Part shown: one piece after another, positions 1 to 9,078 of the stretch
How positions within the stretch are numbered: position 1 is the first letter of the stretch
Layout: each line of letters starts with the position of its first letter
The notes under the pieces: generated by a model
What the model was told of the DNA's origin: nothing
What the model saw: the letters and a program-made list of their open reading frames with translations, nothing else
Database searches by the model: none
Assembly: GCA_035298905.1 (NCBI GenBank)
Contig: DATGXQ010000126.1
Coordinates: 1,296 to 65,295 of the forward strand
Length of the DNA stretch: 64,000 nt
Direction of reading: 5' to 3'
Source: Nostocaceae cyanobacterium
GTDB lineage: Bacteria > Cyanobacteriota > Cyanobacteriia > Cyanobacteriales > Nostocaceae
Translations under genes and position numbers: made by a program

Positions 1-1081
1 TTGATTCAACAATCTCAGAATCCAATTTAATTGGCTTATTTGTAAGCTCCTGCAACCCCAGTATTGAAGTAGTTATTTCCTCACTATCATCCAGAAGATT
101 TTGAACAATCACTAGCGGGTTTTCATCATCAGAACCAGTAAAGAAACATTTTGATAATTCATCTCGGAGCGATCGCACCAATACCTTATTCTCTTCCTCC
201 AATCTCAACAACTCAGCAATTAATTCTTCTGGACTTGATAAATCTTCATAATCATCATTCTTTAGTTTATTGGGTTCTTCAAATTCAATCTTAGGAATCC
301 CCAGTGTCACGCCCTTGTCAATCACCAAAATGCAGCCACCAACGGGGGTTTCTTTAAAACTTCCATGAGGAATTGTAATCACATGTGCTTTAACAAATTC
401 CAACCATTCCCGGAATTTCTCGGATTTCCAATCACTACCTTTCACCCAAGACTGTGAAGTGATAGTTACTAATCTCCCTGGCTTTGCTAAACACGACCAC
501 ATCTTATAAACATGGTCAATATCCTGATGACCTGAAAACGGTGGATTGGCGATTATTCTTTGATATTTAATCTGTTCGTTGGCTTTGAGAAAATCTTCAC
601 CCAGTAAATTTACATTAGGAATTCCCTGTAAAATTACTCTGTTGCGTTCCATTAGTTCATAAGTGCTGATGCTTGGTAATTTAATCTTGGGGAATTTATT
701 AGCGATCGCCCGGAATATCCCTTTAATAATTTGTCCGTCACCACCGGAGGGTTCAAGAAAACATTGGGGTTGTAAAATATCTTGTTCAGTTAATCCCACG
801 ACTGCAATTTCTAGTAACTTATCCACCAAATTATCTGGTGTTGGTACAAACTGGTAATCTTGCTGAAGATTAATTTGCTCTCCGTTGGCGATTCGGTTTA
901 ATAATTCACTAGGGTCATGCTTGAATACAAACCCTTTCTTACTCTTATTCCACTTCCCACCAATACCTTTTAATGCTGCGGCTATTTGTTCGTAAAATTC
1001 TCGCTCAAATTGAATATCCGGGAGCTTCACAACCAAACTATTAACAGTACATTGTTGTAATACTTCCTGAACTGTGTGCAT
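1..1081 (-). CDS. N6-adenine DNA methyltransferase (5' end complete; 3' end runs off the window start)
   Basis: Own minus-strand translation from the ATG (revcomp of 1079-1081) stays open to position 1. SAM motif I FLEPSGGDGQ (revcomp ~731-760) precedes catalytic motif IV IANPPF (revcomp 536-553), both in frame with the start. Absent from the ORF track because there is no stop in the window. Confidence 0.8.
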   Translation of the reverse strand, partial: MHTVQEVLQQCTVNSLVVKLPDIQFEREFYEQIAAALKGIGGKWNKSKKGFVFKHDPSELLNRIANGEQINLQQDYQFVPTPDNLVDKLLEIAVVGLTEQDILQPQCFLEPSGGDGQIIKGIFRAIANKFPKIKLPSISTYELMERNRVILQGIPNVNLLGEDFLKANEQIKYQRIIANPPFSGHQDIDHVYKMWSCLAKPGRLVTITSQSWVKGSDWKSEKFREWLEFVKAHVITIPHGSFKETPVGGCILVIDKGVTLGIPKIEFEEPNKLKNDDYEDLSSPEELIAELLRLEEENKVLVRSLRDELSKCFFTGSDDENPLVIVQNLLDDSEEITTSILGLQELTNKPIKLDSEIVES

Positions 1082-1136
1082 ATTTAATACCCTGAAAATT
1101 AATCACATCAAACTCAGGAAGCGGTAGCCAAGATAA

Positions 1137-2675
1137 TTACTTTCTCAAGGCATTCTCTAACATCTTTTGCCAGTCATTATTATTCAAACTTGCACTTTTT
1201 ACCCCATTACTTACAGCCCAGTTATGCAATGCTTTAATTTGATGTTGGGCAACGCTGGCTAAGGGAACTGTGGATGCGATCGCTCCCAAAACATCCCCCT
1301 GCTCAAACTCCCGACCTTCTGAAAACCCCTGGTACATTGCATCAATCACACATTGCTCAATCTCAGCACCGGAGAAATCCAAAGCTTTTTCAGCTAGTAA
1401 ATTACAGTCAAATTTTGCTATTTCAGATTGTGGTCTGACTTTGGATAAATGCACGTAAAATATCCGCGCCCGCTCCCTCTGTGTGGGTAAATCCAAGAAA
1501 AACAACTCATCATAACGTCCCTTTCTGAGTGATTCTGGTGGTAAATTTTCAATTCTATTGGCAGTGGCAATTATGAATACCGGACTGGTTTTTTCCTGCA
1601 TCCAGGTAAGTAAAGTTCCTAATACCCTGCTGCTTGTTCCCCCGTCCCCGCCGCTATTACTGAACGCCTTCTCAAATTCGTCTAGTAGTAAACAACAGGG
1701 TGCAATCGCCTCAACCAAACTAATCATTTCACGAGTTTTGGCTTCACTTTCCCCAACTAATCCACTGAATAATCTGCCTATATCTAGCCTTAACAACGGA
1801 AGATTAAAATACCCTGCAATAGCCTTGGCAACTAAACTTTTACCAGTTCCGGGAATCCCAAATAAAAATAGACCTTTTGGCTGAGGTAAACCATATTCTC
1901 TCGCTTGCTGACCAAAAGCATCGCGTCGCACCTGAATCCAATATTTTAGGTTGTCCAGTCCACCAATATTGTTAATATGAATATTTGGTTGTAGAAATTC
2001 CAATATTCCTGTTTGTTTAACGGTTTCATGCTTTTGGGCAATCATCAGAGCGATCGCATCCTGGTCTACCTTGTTTTTGGTTAAGCATTTCCGTAAAACC
2101 TGAACAATTTTGGCTCTACTCAATCCTTGGCAGCTTCTTACTAATTGATCTAGGGGTTCATCTCTGAGTTTTAGTTTTGAAGCAGGAACAAGCCCAGTAA
2201 TTAATTCGTATATTTCACTGATACCGGGATACCCAAATTCAACTACTGCTGTTTCTTGTGTAATTTCAGTGGGAATTTGCAAGGTGCTTGTTATTAAAAC
2301 TAAAGTAACTCGTTTTCCTTCTAGCTCTTTACACAGATTTTTTAACTCCCGAACAATCGCCAACTGTTGAGGCTGATAATTACCGCCTCCCGTCTTAATT
2401 AAATTGGCAATATCCTTGAATACCACCAAACAAGATTGGTTTTTATCAAAGATTCCTACTTTCCCTAACGCACTCATGGGATTCCCCTTGTCGGAGTTCT
2501 CCGGGTCATGCTGCCATCCCCGACTGTAATCCCAAAAGTAAATTTGAGATTTGGTGTCTTGGGCGATTGCTGCTAAACTCTCTTCAACTAATCTTTCTTC
2601 TGGAGAAACCACCCAAATCAATGGGAATCTGGCTTTTAGGCAAAGTTTGATTTCTTGGTTAGTATCAGTTTTCAT
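1137..2675 (-). CDS. AAA+ ATPase with a degenerate N-terminal domain and a classical C-terminal AAA module (Ycf46-like)
   Basis: Walker A GIPGTGKS and Walker B LLLDEFEKAF. The N-terminal FPLIWVVSPEERLVE...YFWDYSRGW resembles my memory of cyanobacterial/plastid Ycf46. Lies 55 bp upstream of the methyltransferase on the same strand. Confidence 0.75.
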   Translation of the reverse strand: MKTDTNQEIKLCLKARFPLIWVVSPEERLVEESLAAIAQDTKSQIYFWDYSRGWQHDPENSDKGNPMSALGKVGIFDKNQSCLVVFKDIANLIKTGGGNYQPQQLAIVRELKNLCKELEGKRVTLVLITSTLQIPTEITQETAVVEFGYPGISEIYELITGLVPASKLKLRDEPLDQLVRSCQGLSRAKIVQVLRKCLTKNKVDQDAIALMIAQKHETVKQTGILEFLQPNIHINNIGGLDNLKYWIQVRRDAFGQQAREYGLPQPKGLFLFGIPGTGKSLVAKAIAGYFNLPLLRLDIGRLFSGLVGESEAKTREMISLVEAIAPCCLLLDEFEKAFSNSGGDGGTSSRVLGTLLTWMQEKTSPVFIIATANRIENLPPESLRKGRYDELFFLDLPTQRERARIFYVHLSKVRPQSEIAKFDCNLLAEKALDFSGAEIEQCVIDAMYQGFSEGREFEQGDVLGAIASTVPLASVAQHQIKALHNWAVSNGVKSASLNNNDWQKMLENALRK

Positions 2676-2701
2676 GGCTTATTTCATGGCTTATGCCTGA
2701 C

Positions 2702-2932
2702 TTAAACAATTGCAGTAAAGTATTTAACTTGTCCCAAAGATTTATTTAGTGCTGCTGCAAAATTCATTGCTGCCTCTTCGTTCATTCTCTGCACACTCGT
2801 CCGATCGCTTGTCCATCCTTTCCTACCATCAGCAAGATATTTTTGTGAAGTCAAGTCAATCACAGTAAATATTGGCAAACTCATTGGAATCCTTGATTTA
2901 CTCATGGCATCCCCCAAAACTATTGAATGCAC
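2702..2932 (-). CDS. hypothetical small protein
   Basis: 76-aa ORF ending 26 bp upstream of the AAA gene start, same strand. No recognisable motif. Confidence 0.4.
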   Translation of the reverse strand: MHSIVLGDAMSKSRIPMSLPIFTVIDLTSQKYLADGRKGWTSDRTSVQRMNEEAAMNFAAALNKSLGQVKYFTAIV

Positions 2933-2964
2933 ATATTGGTAATTTGCTTAAACTCTTGTTGTAA

Positions 2965-3030
2965 TCCCGGAATCGGAATTAGAATTCTTGGAAATTCCCG
3001 GAATCGGAACTATAGGAAATTCCCGATTCT
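2965..3030. promoter_or_regulatory. iteron-like direct repeats (TCCCGGAATCGGAA x2 plus a partial third; GGAAATTCCCG x2)
   Basis: TCCCGGAATCGGAA at 2965-2978 and 2996-3009. GGAAATTCCCG at 2990-3000 and 3015-3025. Intergenic, between the 376-aa and 76-aa ORFs. Confidence 0.4.
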
Positions 3031-3054
3031 CGTACTCGTTAATATCCGTCACTG

Positions 3055-4098
3055 CTAACTCACACTTACAGGCTGTTGGTTTTTATTTCGCTTGGGTTGA
3101 GGCTGAGATTGCTGCATTTCTTGGATTTGCTGCTTGAGTTGTGCTATTTCCTGGTCTTTTTCAGCCAGTAAAGCATCGGTGTCTACGTCTACTGCTAGGA
3201 TGCTGCTGCCCTTTACCTGCTGAGTCTGTAAATTAATGACTGTCTGATTGGCTTGCTCTAGTTGCTGCCGGAGTTCTGCGACTTGATTCTCCACTACAGC
3301 TTTTTCACCTTCAACTTTCTTGAGTTCTTTGATTTGCGCCTCCAACTGAGTCTTGTTTTTCTCTAACCCTTCGATCGTTCCCTGTAGTCTGGCAATCTGG
3401 TTATTTAACTCCCGCTCTGTCTGGTCATGAGTTGCCAGCCTTGCTACTTGTTCCTCAAGTTCCTGATTTCTGGTTAGCAACTCTCTTTTTTCGTCATCAA
3501 ACTTATTAAGTTTATTCCTTATATCTTCGGACTCTGCCAACTTCTGGGTATTTAGCTTAATGTAAGCATCTTTTAGTTCAGTGTTTACTCTTTCGTACTC
3601 CCTTTGATACCACCCCCGCTCATAGTCTAATGTTGGGTATCCTTTCAGTTTTTCATTTGCTTCATCTAACTGTTTGGTTAATTGTGCTATTCGATCACCT
3701 GATATACTGCTATCAGCGACTGAATATGCTTGTGAATATAAAAGCCTAGTAAATCTTTCACTTAAAAGCTTAAACTCTTCTGGGATTTCCAAATTTTCGG
3801 GGACGTGGGTAGCGATAGTCTGCTCTAACCCTTCTAAAATCCCATCCCCTGTTTTTACATTCTTAATAGCCTTCAGGTTATTGCGTTTCCAGTCCTTAAG
3901 CAATTGACAGCATCGGGAATTACTTATCCCTGAACCAAATATTTCCTTTAAAGCTGCCTGTACTTTCCCTATCTCCAATGGTATCTTATTAGCCAACAGC
4001 ACTCTACAAGCAAAGTCTACTGTTTCTTCATTAGCTCCGAAATTTTTATAAGCTGCCTCGGTGTCAAATCCGTTTAAATTTAACTGTAAGATATTCAT
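3055..4098 (-). CDS. coiled-coil protein with a KfrA-like N-terminal DNA-binding region
   Basis: The ORF extends to 4185, but the ATG at 4098 (MNILQLNL...) follows a GGGGGGAA Shine-Dalgarno. The C-terminal ~250 aa is a heptad-rich Q/E/K/L coiled coil. The N-terminus resembles plasmid KfrA_N from memory. Confidence 0.55.
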   Translation of the reverse strand: MNILQLNLNGFDTEAAYKNFGANEETVDFACRVLLANKIPLEIGKVQAALKEIFGSGISNSRCCQLLKDWKRNNLKAIKNVKTGDGILEGLEQTIATHVPENLEIPEEFKLLSERFTRLLYSQAYSVADSSISGDRIAQLTKQLDEANEKLKGYPTLDYERGWYQREYERVNTELKDAYIKLNTQKLAESEDIRNKLNKFDDEKRELLTRNQELEEQVARLATHDQTERELNNQIARLQGTIEGLEKNKTQLEAQIKELKKVEGEKAVVENQVAELRQQLEQANQTVINLQTQQVKGSSILAVDVDTDALLAEKDQEIAQLKQQIQEMQQSQPQPKRNKNQQPVSVS

Positions 4099-4142
4099 AT
4101 TCCCCCCCATATACTTAATTTGATACCTGCGCTTGCGTTTTT

Positions 4143-4199
4143 TGTTCTCTACACGTATCATATAAGTGAAAGGAAGAGGTGTCAATATTGTTCTCTATA
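4143..4199. promoter_or_regulatory. two copies of an 11-mer operator candidate (TGTTCTCTACA, TGTTCTCTATA) upstream of the KfrA-like gene
   Basis: 4143-4153 and 4189-4199, between the XRE gene stop (4225) and the probable KfrA-like start (4098). Confidence 0.35.
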
Positions 4200-4224
4200 A
4201 GAATCAAAAGTAAAACTTGACAAA

Positions 4225-4605
4225 TCAACGAATCTCGTTCATCCGGTCGGCTACTACGCGCAAAATCAAGTGTAAATCTTTTCTGGGGAGTAATTGAATC
4301 TGCTGTATTACTTTAGTCGTTGGTGACTCATTTTCACTATCTCTCTTGCCATTTAAGTAATCTAAGAATTCATTTAGCGATTCACCACGCATGGCAGCCA
4401 ACTTCTCTAGGTTTTTCGTGGACGGAATTGACTCCCCTTTTTCCCAGGCAGAAACAGCGCTATAGACAATAGGGAATTTTTTACCAAACTCACGGTAACT
4501 TTCGTCACCACGAAGTTCCTTAACAACCTTGGCAAGACGCTTTTTGTATTCCGAGTTCATCGTTTCTTCACAGAGAACAAGTTTCATCTTAACTGAAATT
4601 GACAC
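4225..4605 (-). CDS. XRE-family helix-turn-helix transcriptional regulator
   Basis: LRGDESYREFGKKFPIVYSAVSAWEKGESIPSTKNLEKLA is a typical HTH_3 pattern. The real start may be the ATG at 4560 (MNSEYKK). Confidence 0.75.
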   Translation of the reverse strand: MSISVKMKLVLCEETMNSEYKKRLAKVVKELRGDESYREFGKKFPIVYSAVSAWEKGESIPSTKNLEKLAAMRGESLNEFLDYLNGKRDSENESPTTKVIQQIQLLPRKDLHLILRVVADRMNEIR

Positions 4606-4617
4606 TTGTAGAGAACA
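4570..4617. promoter_or_regulatory. inverted copies of the same 11-mer (ACAGAGAACA, TGTAGAGAACA) upstream of the XRE gene and in the divergent promoter region
   Basis: TGTAGAGAACA at 4607-4617 is the exact reverse complement of 4143-4153. A 10-nt variant lies at 4570-4579. Confidence 0.35.
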
Positions 4618-4687
4618 GTAATGGTATGTATCTTTTGCTGGTTAACTGACGCTTTTTTGAGACTTACAAACAACAGGAGCAAAATGT

Positions 4688-5041
4688 ATGAAGCACAAAG
4701 GAAACTCAAGACACAAAAAAGAATCAAGAGTCTCTCCGGCAGGAAGAGAGTACATCCAGATATCTTTGAGAAGTGAAATAGCTCAAGCAGTTAGGGAACA
4801 CGCTGAAGTCAACGGAAAGTACATCAGTTACATGACTGATGCCGCCTTTGCAATGTACCTGGGCATTGCGTTAAATGATGCTGAGATTCCTGAATTGATG
4901 CCTGTAAACATTCCTAGTAATCTTTGCTTAGAGTTGTCGGCGATCGCTTCTCGCACAGGAATCTCTAGAGAACAACTAATTAATACAGCGATTACTCAAT
5001 ACCTAGAAAGCTTGAAAAAGGTTCTTCCTGTAGCATCTTAG
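4688..5041 (+). CDS. hypothetical protein with two ribbon-helix-helix-like segments
   Basis: REYIQISLRSEIAQAVREHAE and LCLELSAIASRTGISREQLINTAITQYL both look like a beta strand followed by a helix (RHH units). Divergent from the XRE gene. Confidence 0.45.
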   Translation: MKHKGNSRHKKESRVSPAGREYIQISLRSEIAQAVREHAEVNGKYISYMTDAAFAMYLGIALNDAEIPELMPVNIPSNLCLELSAIASRTGISREQLINTAITQYLESLKKVLPVAS

Positions 5042-5190
5042 ACTTAATTGCGGGATATATAAACTAACTCAACAATCCAAGGTTTCTGTCTATCTCAAGA
5101 CTGATATTGAGTGTTTTCCTCGAATCTTGCAGTCAATCTTTCAAAACCGCTCATCAAACAAATCGCTACACCCGGAAAATAGAGGCAAAT

Positions 5191-8100
5191 ATGACAGCCC
5201 AAGTTAATCAATTTCCTGAAGATTCCAACTTATTTGGAGGCTCTTTGGATAGTTCCAACGAGTCTAGCGAAGCACCAAGACAAGATGACATAGCTCATGA
5301 TGCTGGGACTGATTTGGGTGCTGGTTGTGAATCTGAACTCCCCCTAGAAGAACGCCTCACCCAAAGACTTAGCCAATTCTCATTCAAGACGGAAGGCAAT
5401 AATCGGTTCGAGAATTTCGACCACTTCAAAGCCTATATTCGTCATAACTTTATAGTAGGGAGTGCAGTTGACCCGGAATTATTCAACTCTTGTGTTCAGT
5501 TTGTGGAATCCCAATCATCAACATTATGGGGTGACTGGGAAGCACCGATACATGATGCACTGGGTTGGAATTTTAAGAGATTTGCCCACCAGTGTGATGA
5601 ATGGCTTTATGCTGCCCTTTTGAGAAATGAAGATGGTTCAGTTTGGCAAGCAGTCGTAAGCCTTTGGGATGAGAAAACCGGAAAGTATTACCGTTACTTA
5701 GCTCCAAAAGGTTCAGGCGATCGGGCGTTCTTTCCCCATGTACCCCAAGAATTATTTGAGAAAATCACCAAACGTTATAAGCATCAACCAGATGAGGATG
5801 TTTCATTTTGGGAATGGCTAGAACTTTCTTCTGGTGTCCCCCGTATCCGTACAGAGGGAGCAAAGAAAGCACTTTCATTACTGAGTCATGGGTACGCGGC
5901 GATCGCTGTTTACGGGTGCAGTTGCGGGGCAAAGGCTAAAGATGTCTTGGGAAATCCGGTACGCCCCTACTTAACAGACGATTTGGAAAAATTTGCATCT
6001 GCCGGCAGCATTTGGTTAGATGCCCTGGATGCCGATGAGAAGGAAAAACCCCGGATTGCGGTCGCCAGAGGTAAGAAGATACTTCGGCAAGCGCTGACTT
6101 CAAAGGGATGCTATGTAGCTGACATCAGGTGGCAACATTCCGAGGGTAAAGGTGTTGACGACTTTATAGTGAACCAAGGTTCAGCTGCTTTCGATGCTGC
6201 TTATGGGGACGCGGTGCGACGGGCGAAATATCAGCAGAGATTAGACACCGGTGAAGTGGCCAAAAGCGACAACAAAAAATTCTTGCAGTTGGTGCGGGAT
6301 AGATGGGGCGATCGCTTGACCTTTAACGAGATGACCCAAGAAATTGAATTTGATGGCAAACCCATAGACCCTGACACCATCAAGATGTTTGTGGCGGACA
6401 AACTGGATGTTGACGCATCTAACGACACAATTCTGCAAGCATTGATGACTGTGGCCAAAGAAAACTACAGTTATCATCCAGTCCGGGAATACCTACAAGA
6501 AATTGCTGAAAAATACCCGCGTAGTGAGGAGTTAGATAGGTTATTGGGGTCGATCGCTTCTCGTTATCTGGGAACTTCCCACCCACTACACAACACATTC
6601 CTGAGAAGAACCCTAATCGGTGCGGTAAAACGAGTTTTTGAGCCTGGGTGCAAGTTTGATACGGCTTGCGTGCTTCAGGGACGGCAGGGGATTATGAAGT
6701 CTAGCTTTTGGAAAACCCTGGCCAAAAACGATAAGTGGTTTGATGACACATTTTCGTCGTCAAGTGCAGCAATTGACAAGGATGAAAAAGCGGCACTAAG
6801 AGAGAATTGGATTATTGAGTTGTCAGAGATAGAAGCTGTTTTTAGGAAGAAAGAAGTAGCTACTCTACGAGCTTTCATGACAACAGCGATTGATCGTTAC
6901 AGACCTCCCTATGGTAGAAAAAATGGGAAATTCCCCCGGACATCTATATTTGTGGGAAGCGTAAACCCCGACTCATTTTTATGCGACCCGGAGGGTCATC
7001 GTAGGTATTGGGTTGTTCCGGTTCAGGTTGAAAAAATTAATATTAACGCACTAAAAGAAGAGTCCGATTTACTTTGGGCTGCTGCTTATCATGCCTATGC
7101 GGCGGGGGAAACTGTTTTCTTAAATCATGAGGAGGAAAAAATTAATAAAGTTCTCAACAAAATGTATGAAGACCGGGACATCTGGGAAGAACCAATAATC
7201 TTTTATTTGCAAAATGAATCCCGCGTCACCGTCAGTCAAATTATTAGTCAATGCCTAAAAATTCCCGAAGGACAAGCTGAGAAAAAACACGAACTGCGGG
7301 TTGTCCAAATCCTCAAAGCCCTCAACTGGGTGAAGGAAGGTAAACGCTCCCGGTCTGGTAGTAAGCGCGTCCAGTATTGGATTGAAGACAAAGCGCAACA
7401 GCAGTTTGAAGATGCCATCTTGGATGAAGTTTATGACATGATGCAGCAACCGCAAAGTGAATTAACTGCTGACCCCGCTAGTTTTTGTGGACGTACCCCG
7501 GAAATTGAGTTTGGTTGTCCTACGGATAGTCCAAACGGGGTAAATACTCAAAGCCCTTGCATTGGTTGTGTTTCAGGGGTTGATAATCCAGGTATAAATA
7601 AAGTACGTCCTACGGATAGTCCAAGCTCAAACCCAAGCGGGGTAATCATTTCAGAGATTTCTTCTGAAAATTACTCAAAAAATATAGGAGAACCAAATCC
7701 CAACACTAATAATCACCAGAACCTACAAAATTCTAATTTTTCACCAGTCCACTACGTCCAAGAACCCCAAAGCCTTGCCAACTCTGAATTTGAGGCTGGA
7801 CGTACCTCAAATAACCGTGCAATTGAGATACAAGTCCGAAAACTAGAAGGTGCTGTTGATTCCTACATATCTGATGAAATAGCCAGACGGGTCTATGGGG
7901 AGTATTTTGAATCCACAAAAGAAAATGAGAGCGATCGCACCGCCATTTGGAATGCCCTGAAACCGGAAACACAGAAGTATTACACCGATTTATTTCACCC
8001 GTTGGCTGAGAAGTTCCCAGTTAGTAGATATGTGAAAGTTAGAGACACATTTGACCGGAATATGTACCACGTCTCGCAAATTACTGGGTACTTTAGTGAA

Positions 8101-8211
8101 ACCCAAATTAATGTAACTGGGAAACACCTAAACGGCACAATAAAAGTTGCTAATTGTCAGTTGTTGAGTGACCAACAAGTAATGAAATTAAGAGCAGCTA
8201 AAAAGTTATAG
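5191..8211 (+). CDS. primase-helicase of a mobile element (DUF3854/Toprim-like N-terminal region plus VirE/VapE-type P-loop domain)
   Basis: P-loop GRQGIMKSSFW, followed by EIEAV...LRAFMT...YRPPYGR, which is typical of VirE/VapE. The N-terminal GAKKALSLLSHGYAAIAVYGCSCG...VDDFI is Toprim-like. The ATG at 5191 has an AGAGG SD; the ORF track starts at a TTG at 5107. Confidence 0.75.
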   Translation: MTAQVNQFPEDSNLFGGSLDSSNESSEAPRQDDIAHDAGTDLGAGCESELPLEERLTQRLSQFSFKTEGNNRFENFDHFKAYIRHNFIVGSAVDPELFNSCVQFVESQSSTLWGDWEAPIHDALGWNFKRFAHQCDEWLYAALLRNEDGSVWQAVVSLWDEKTGKYYRYLAPKGSGDRAFFPHVPQELFEKITKRYKHQPDEDVSFWEWLELSSGVPRIRTEGAKKALSLLSHGYAAIAVYGCSCGAKAKDVLGNPVRPYLTDDLEKFASAGSIWLDALDADEKEKPRIAVARGKKILRQALTSKGCYVADIRWQHSEGKGVDDFIVNQGSAAFDAAYGDAVRRAKYQQRLDTGEVAKSDNKKFLQLVRDRWGDRLTFNEMTQEIEFDGKPIDPDTIKMFVADKLDVDASNDTILQALMTVAKENYSYHPVREYLQEIAEKYPRSEELDRLLGSIASRYLGTSHPLHNTFLRRTLIGAVKRVFEPGCKFDTACVLQGRQGIMKSSFWKTLAKNDKWFDDTFSSSSAAIDKDEKAALRENWIIELSEIEAVFRKKEVATLRAFMTTAIDRYRPPYGRKNGKFPRTSIFVGSVNPDSFLCDPEGHRRYWVVPVQVEKININALKEESDLLWAAAYHAYAAGETVFLNHEEEKINKVLNKMYEDRDIWEEPIIFYLQNESRVTVSQIISQCLKIPEGQAEKKHELRVVQILKALNWVKEGKRSRSGSKRVQYWIEDKAQQQFEDAILDEVYDMMQQPQSELTADPASFCGRTPEIEFGCPTDSPNGVNTQSPCIGCVSGVDNPGINKVRPTDSPSSNPSGVIISEISSENYSKNIGEPNPNTNNHQNLQNSNFSPVHYVQEPQSLANSEFEAGRTSNNRAIEIQVRKLEGAVDSYISDEIARRVYGEYFESTKENESDRTAIWNALKPETQKYYTDLFHPLAEKFPVSRYVKVRDTFDRNMYHVSQITGYFSETQINVTGKHLNGTIKVANCQLLSDQQVMKLRAAKKL

Positions 8212-8278
8212 CGCGTTTGCTACCGCTTCTGGATTTTGGCGAATTTGAAGTATCTTACTGCTCCACCAGAATTACAAA

Positions 8279-8334
8279 TTTTGAGTTTTGAGTTTTGAAT
8301 TTTGAATTTTGAGTTTTGAATTTTGAATTTTGAC
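8279..8334. repeat. STRR heptamer array (TTTTGAR) x8
   Basis: Eight perfect-phase 7-bp units read directly. Confidence 0.95.
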
Positions 8335-8347
8335 TTCCGGGGTAATC

Positions 8348-8569
8348 ATGGCTAAAGAAAGTTTTCAACAATTACTACAAAGAATAGCGGCTGCTCACCT
8401 TGACCGCAAAACCCAGCAGTACATCAAATCACTAGAAAATGTTGCCCAAACAGCAAAACTGGTGATTGAGTCCAGTAATTTTGGAAATACCGAATCACAG
8501 CAATCGGAATTACAGCCATTAAAACTAGCGTTACAGCAGTTGGAATTGGAGGGCGCGAATGCCTCGTAA
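8348..8569 (+). CDS. hypothetical small protein
   Basis: ATG at 8348 just past the heptamer array; the track ORF begins at a TTG inside the array. Confidence 0.35.
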   Translation: MAKESFQQLLQRIAAAHLDRKTQQYIKSLENVAQTAKLVIESSNFGNTESQQSELQPLKLALQQLELEGANAS

Positions 8570-8855
8570 AAAAGCTAGTAGCAACGAAACCGGAATTTTG
8601 ATTTTGGAGAGTTCCAATTCTGGAAGTTCTAGTAATTCCAGCAATTCCACCAATTCCAAGTATGGAAACTGTCATATTTGTAAGTCCCCGTACCTAACTC
8701 CCGGCTTGGATTCTAACTATTGCCCCAAGTGCGGATGGGTTTTCACGTTGGAGTATTTGAGGTTTCTGCAAGAACAGGAACAGTCAAAGAAAAACAAGAA
8801 AGGGAAAAACTCTAAAACTGTTGATGATGAAGTAATTCAGGGTATTTATGATTAA
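8559..8855 (+). CDS. hypothetical zinc-ribbon protein
   Basis: CHIC...(12 aa)...CPKC four-cysteine motif. S/N-rich low-complexity N-terminus. Confidence 0.4.
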   Translation: MPRKKASSNETGILILESSNSGSSSNSSNSTNSKYGNCHICKSPYLTPGLDSNYCPKCGWVFTLEYLRFLQEQEQSKKNKKGKNSKTVDDEVIQGIYD

Positions 8856-9048
8856 TTTTGTGGATGAGGAAACCGTAGAAGCGGCGATCGCTCATAACGA
8901 GCAATTAACAAGTGAGTGTCACCAATTAGTAGATGCAGTAGCAAATCAGAAGTATTCACGGAAACTGCTAACGCTTGTTAAAAGCCTTCTTGAGAGTTGT
9001 CTTGATTACAAAGCCAATCGAATACATCAACCTGCGATTAGACAGTAA
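8848..9048 (+). CDS. hypothetical small protein
   Basis: 66-aa ORF whose start overlaps the preceding stop by 8 nt (coupled arrangement). Confidence 0.35.
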   Translation: MINFVDEETVEAAIAHNEQLTSECHQLVDAVANQKYSRKLLTLVKSLLESCLDYKANRIHQPAIRQ

Positions 9049-9078
9049 TTCAAAAGTATTTAGTAAAGGAATAGTCAA

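Noticed and set aside
1270-1884. Plus-strand ORFs 1270-1458 and 1558-1884
   Set aside because: They are antisense to the well-supported AAA+ ATPase gene and show biased S/P/L-rich translation typical of shadow frames.
6231-7972. Minus-strand ORFs inside the primase-helicase gene (6231-6458, 6241-6477, 6675-6878, 7255-7455, 7733-7972)
   Set aside because: These are shadow ORFs antisense to a long motif-supported CDS.
8279-8334. Could the many short tandem arrays (here and at 15271, 30048, 33961, 50025, 53650, 55131 and 62924) be CRISPR arrays?
   Set aside because: The units are 7 bp, directly abutting and without spacers. These are STRR-type heptamer repeats, not repeat-spacer arrays of about 30-37 bp. 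No cas genes are present.
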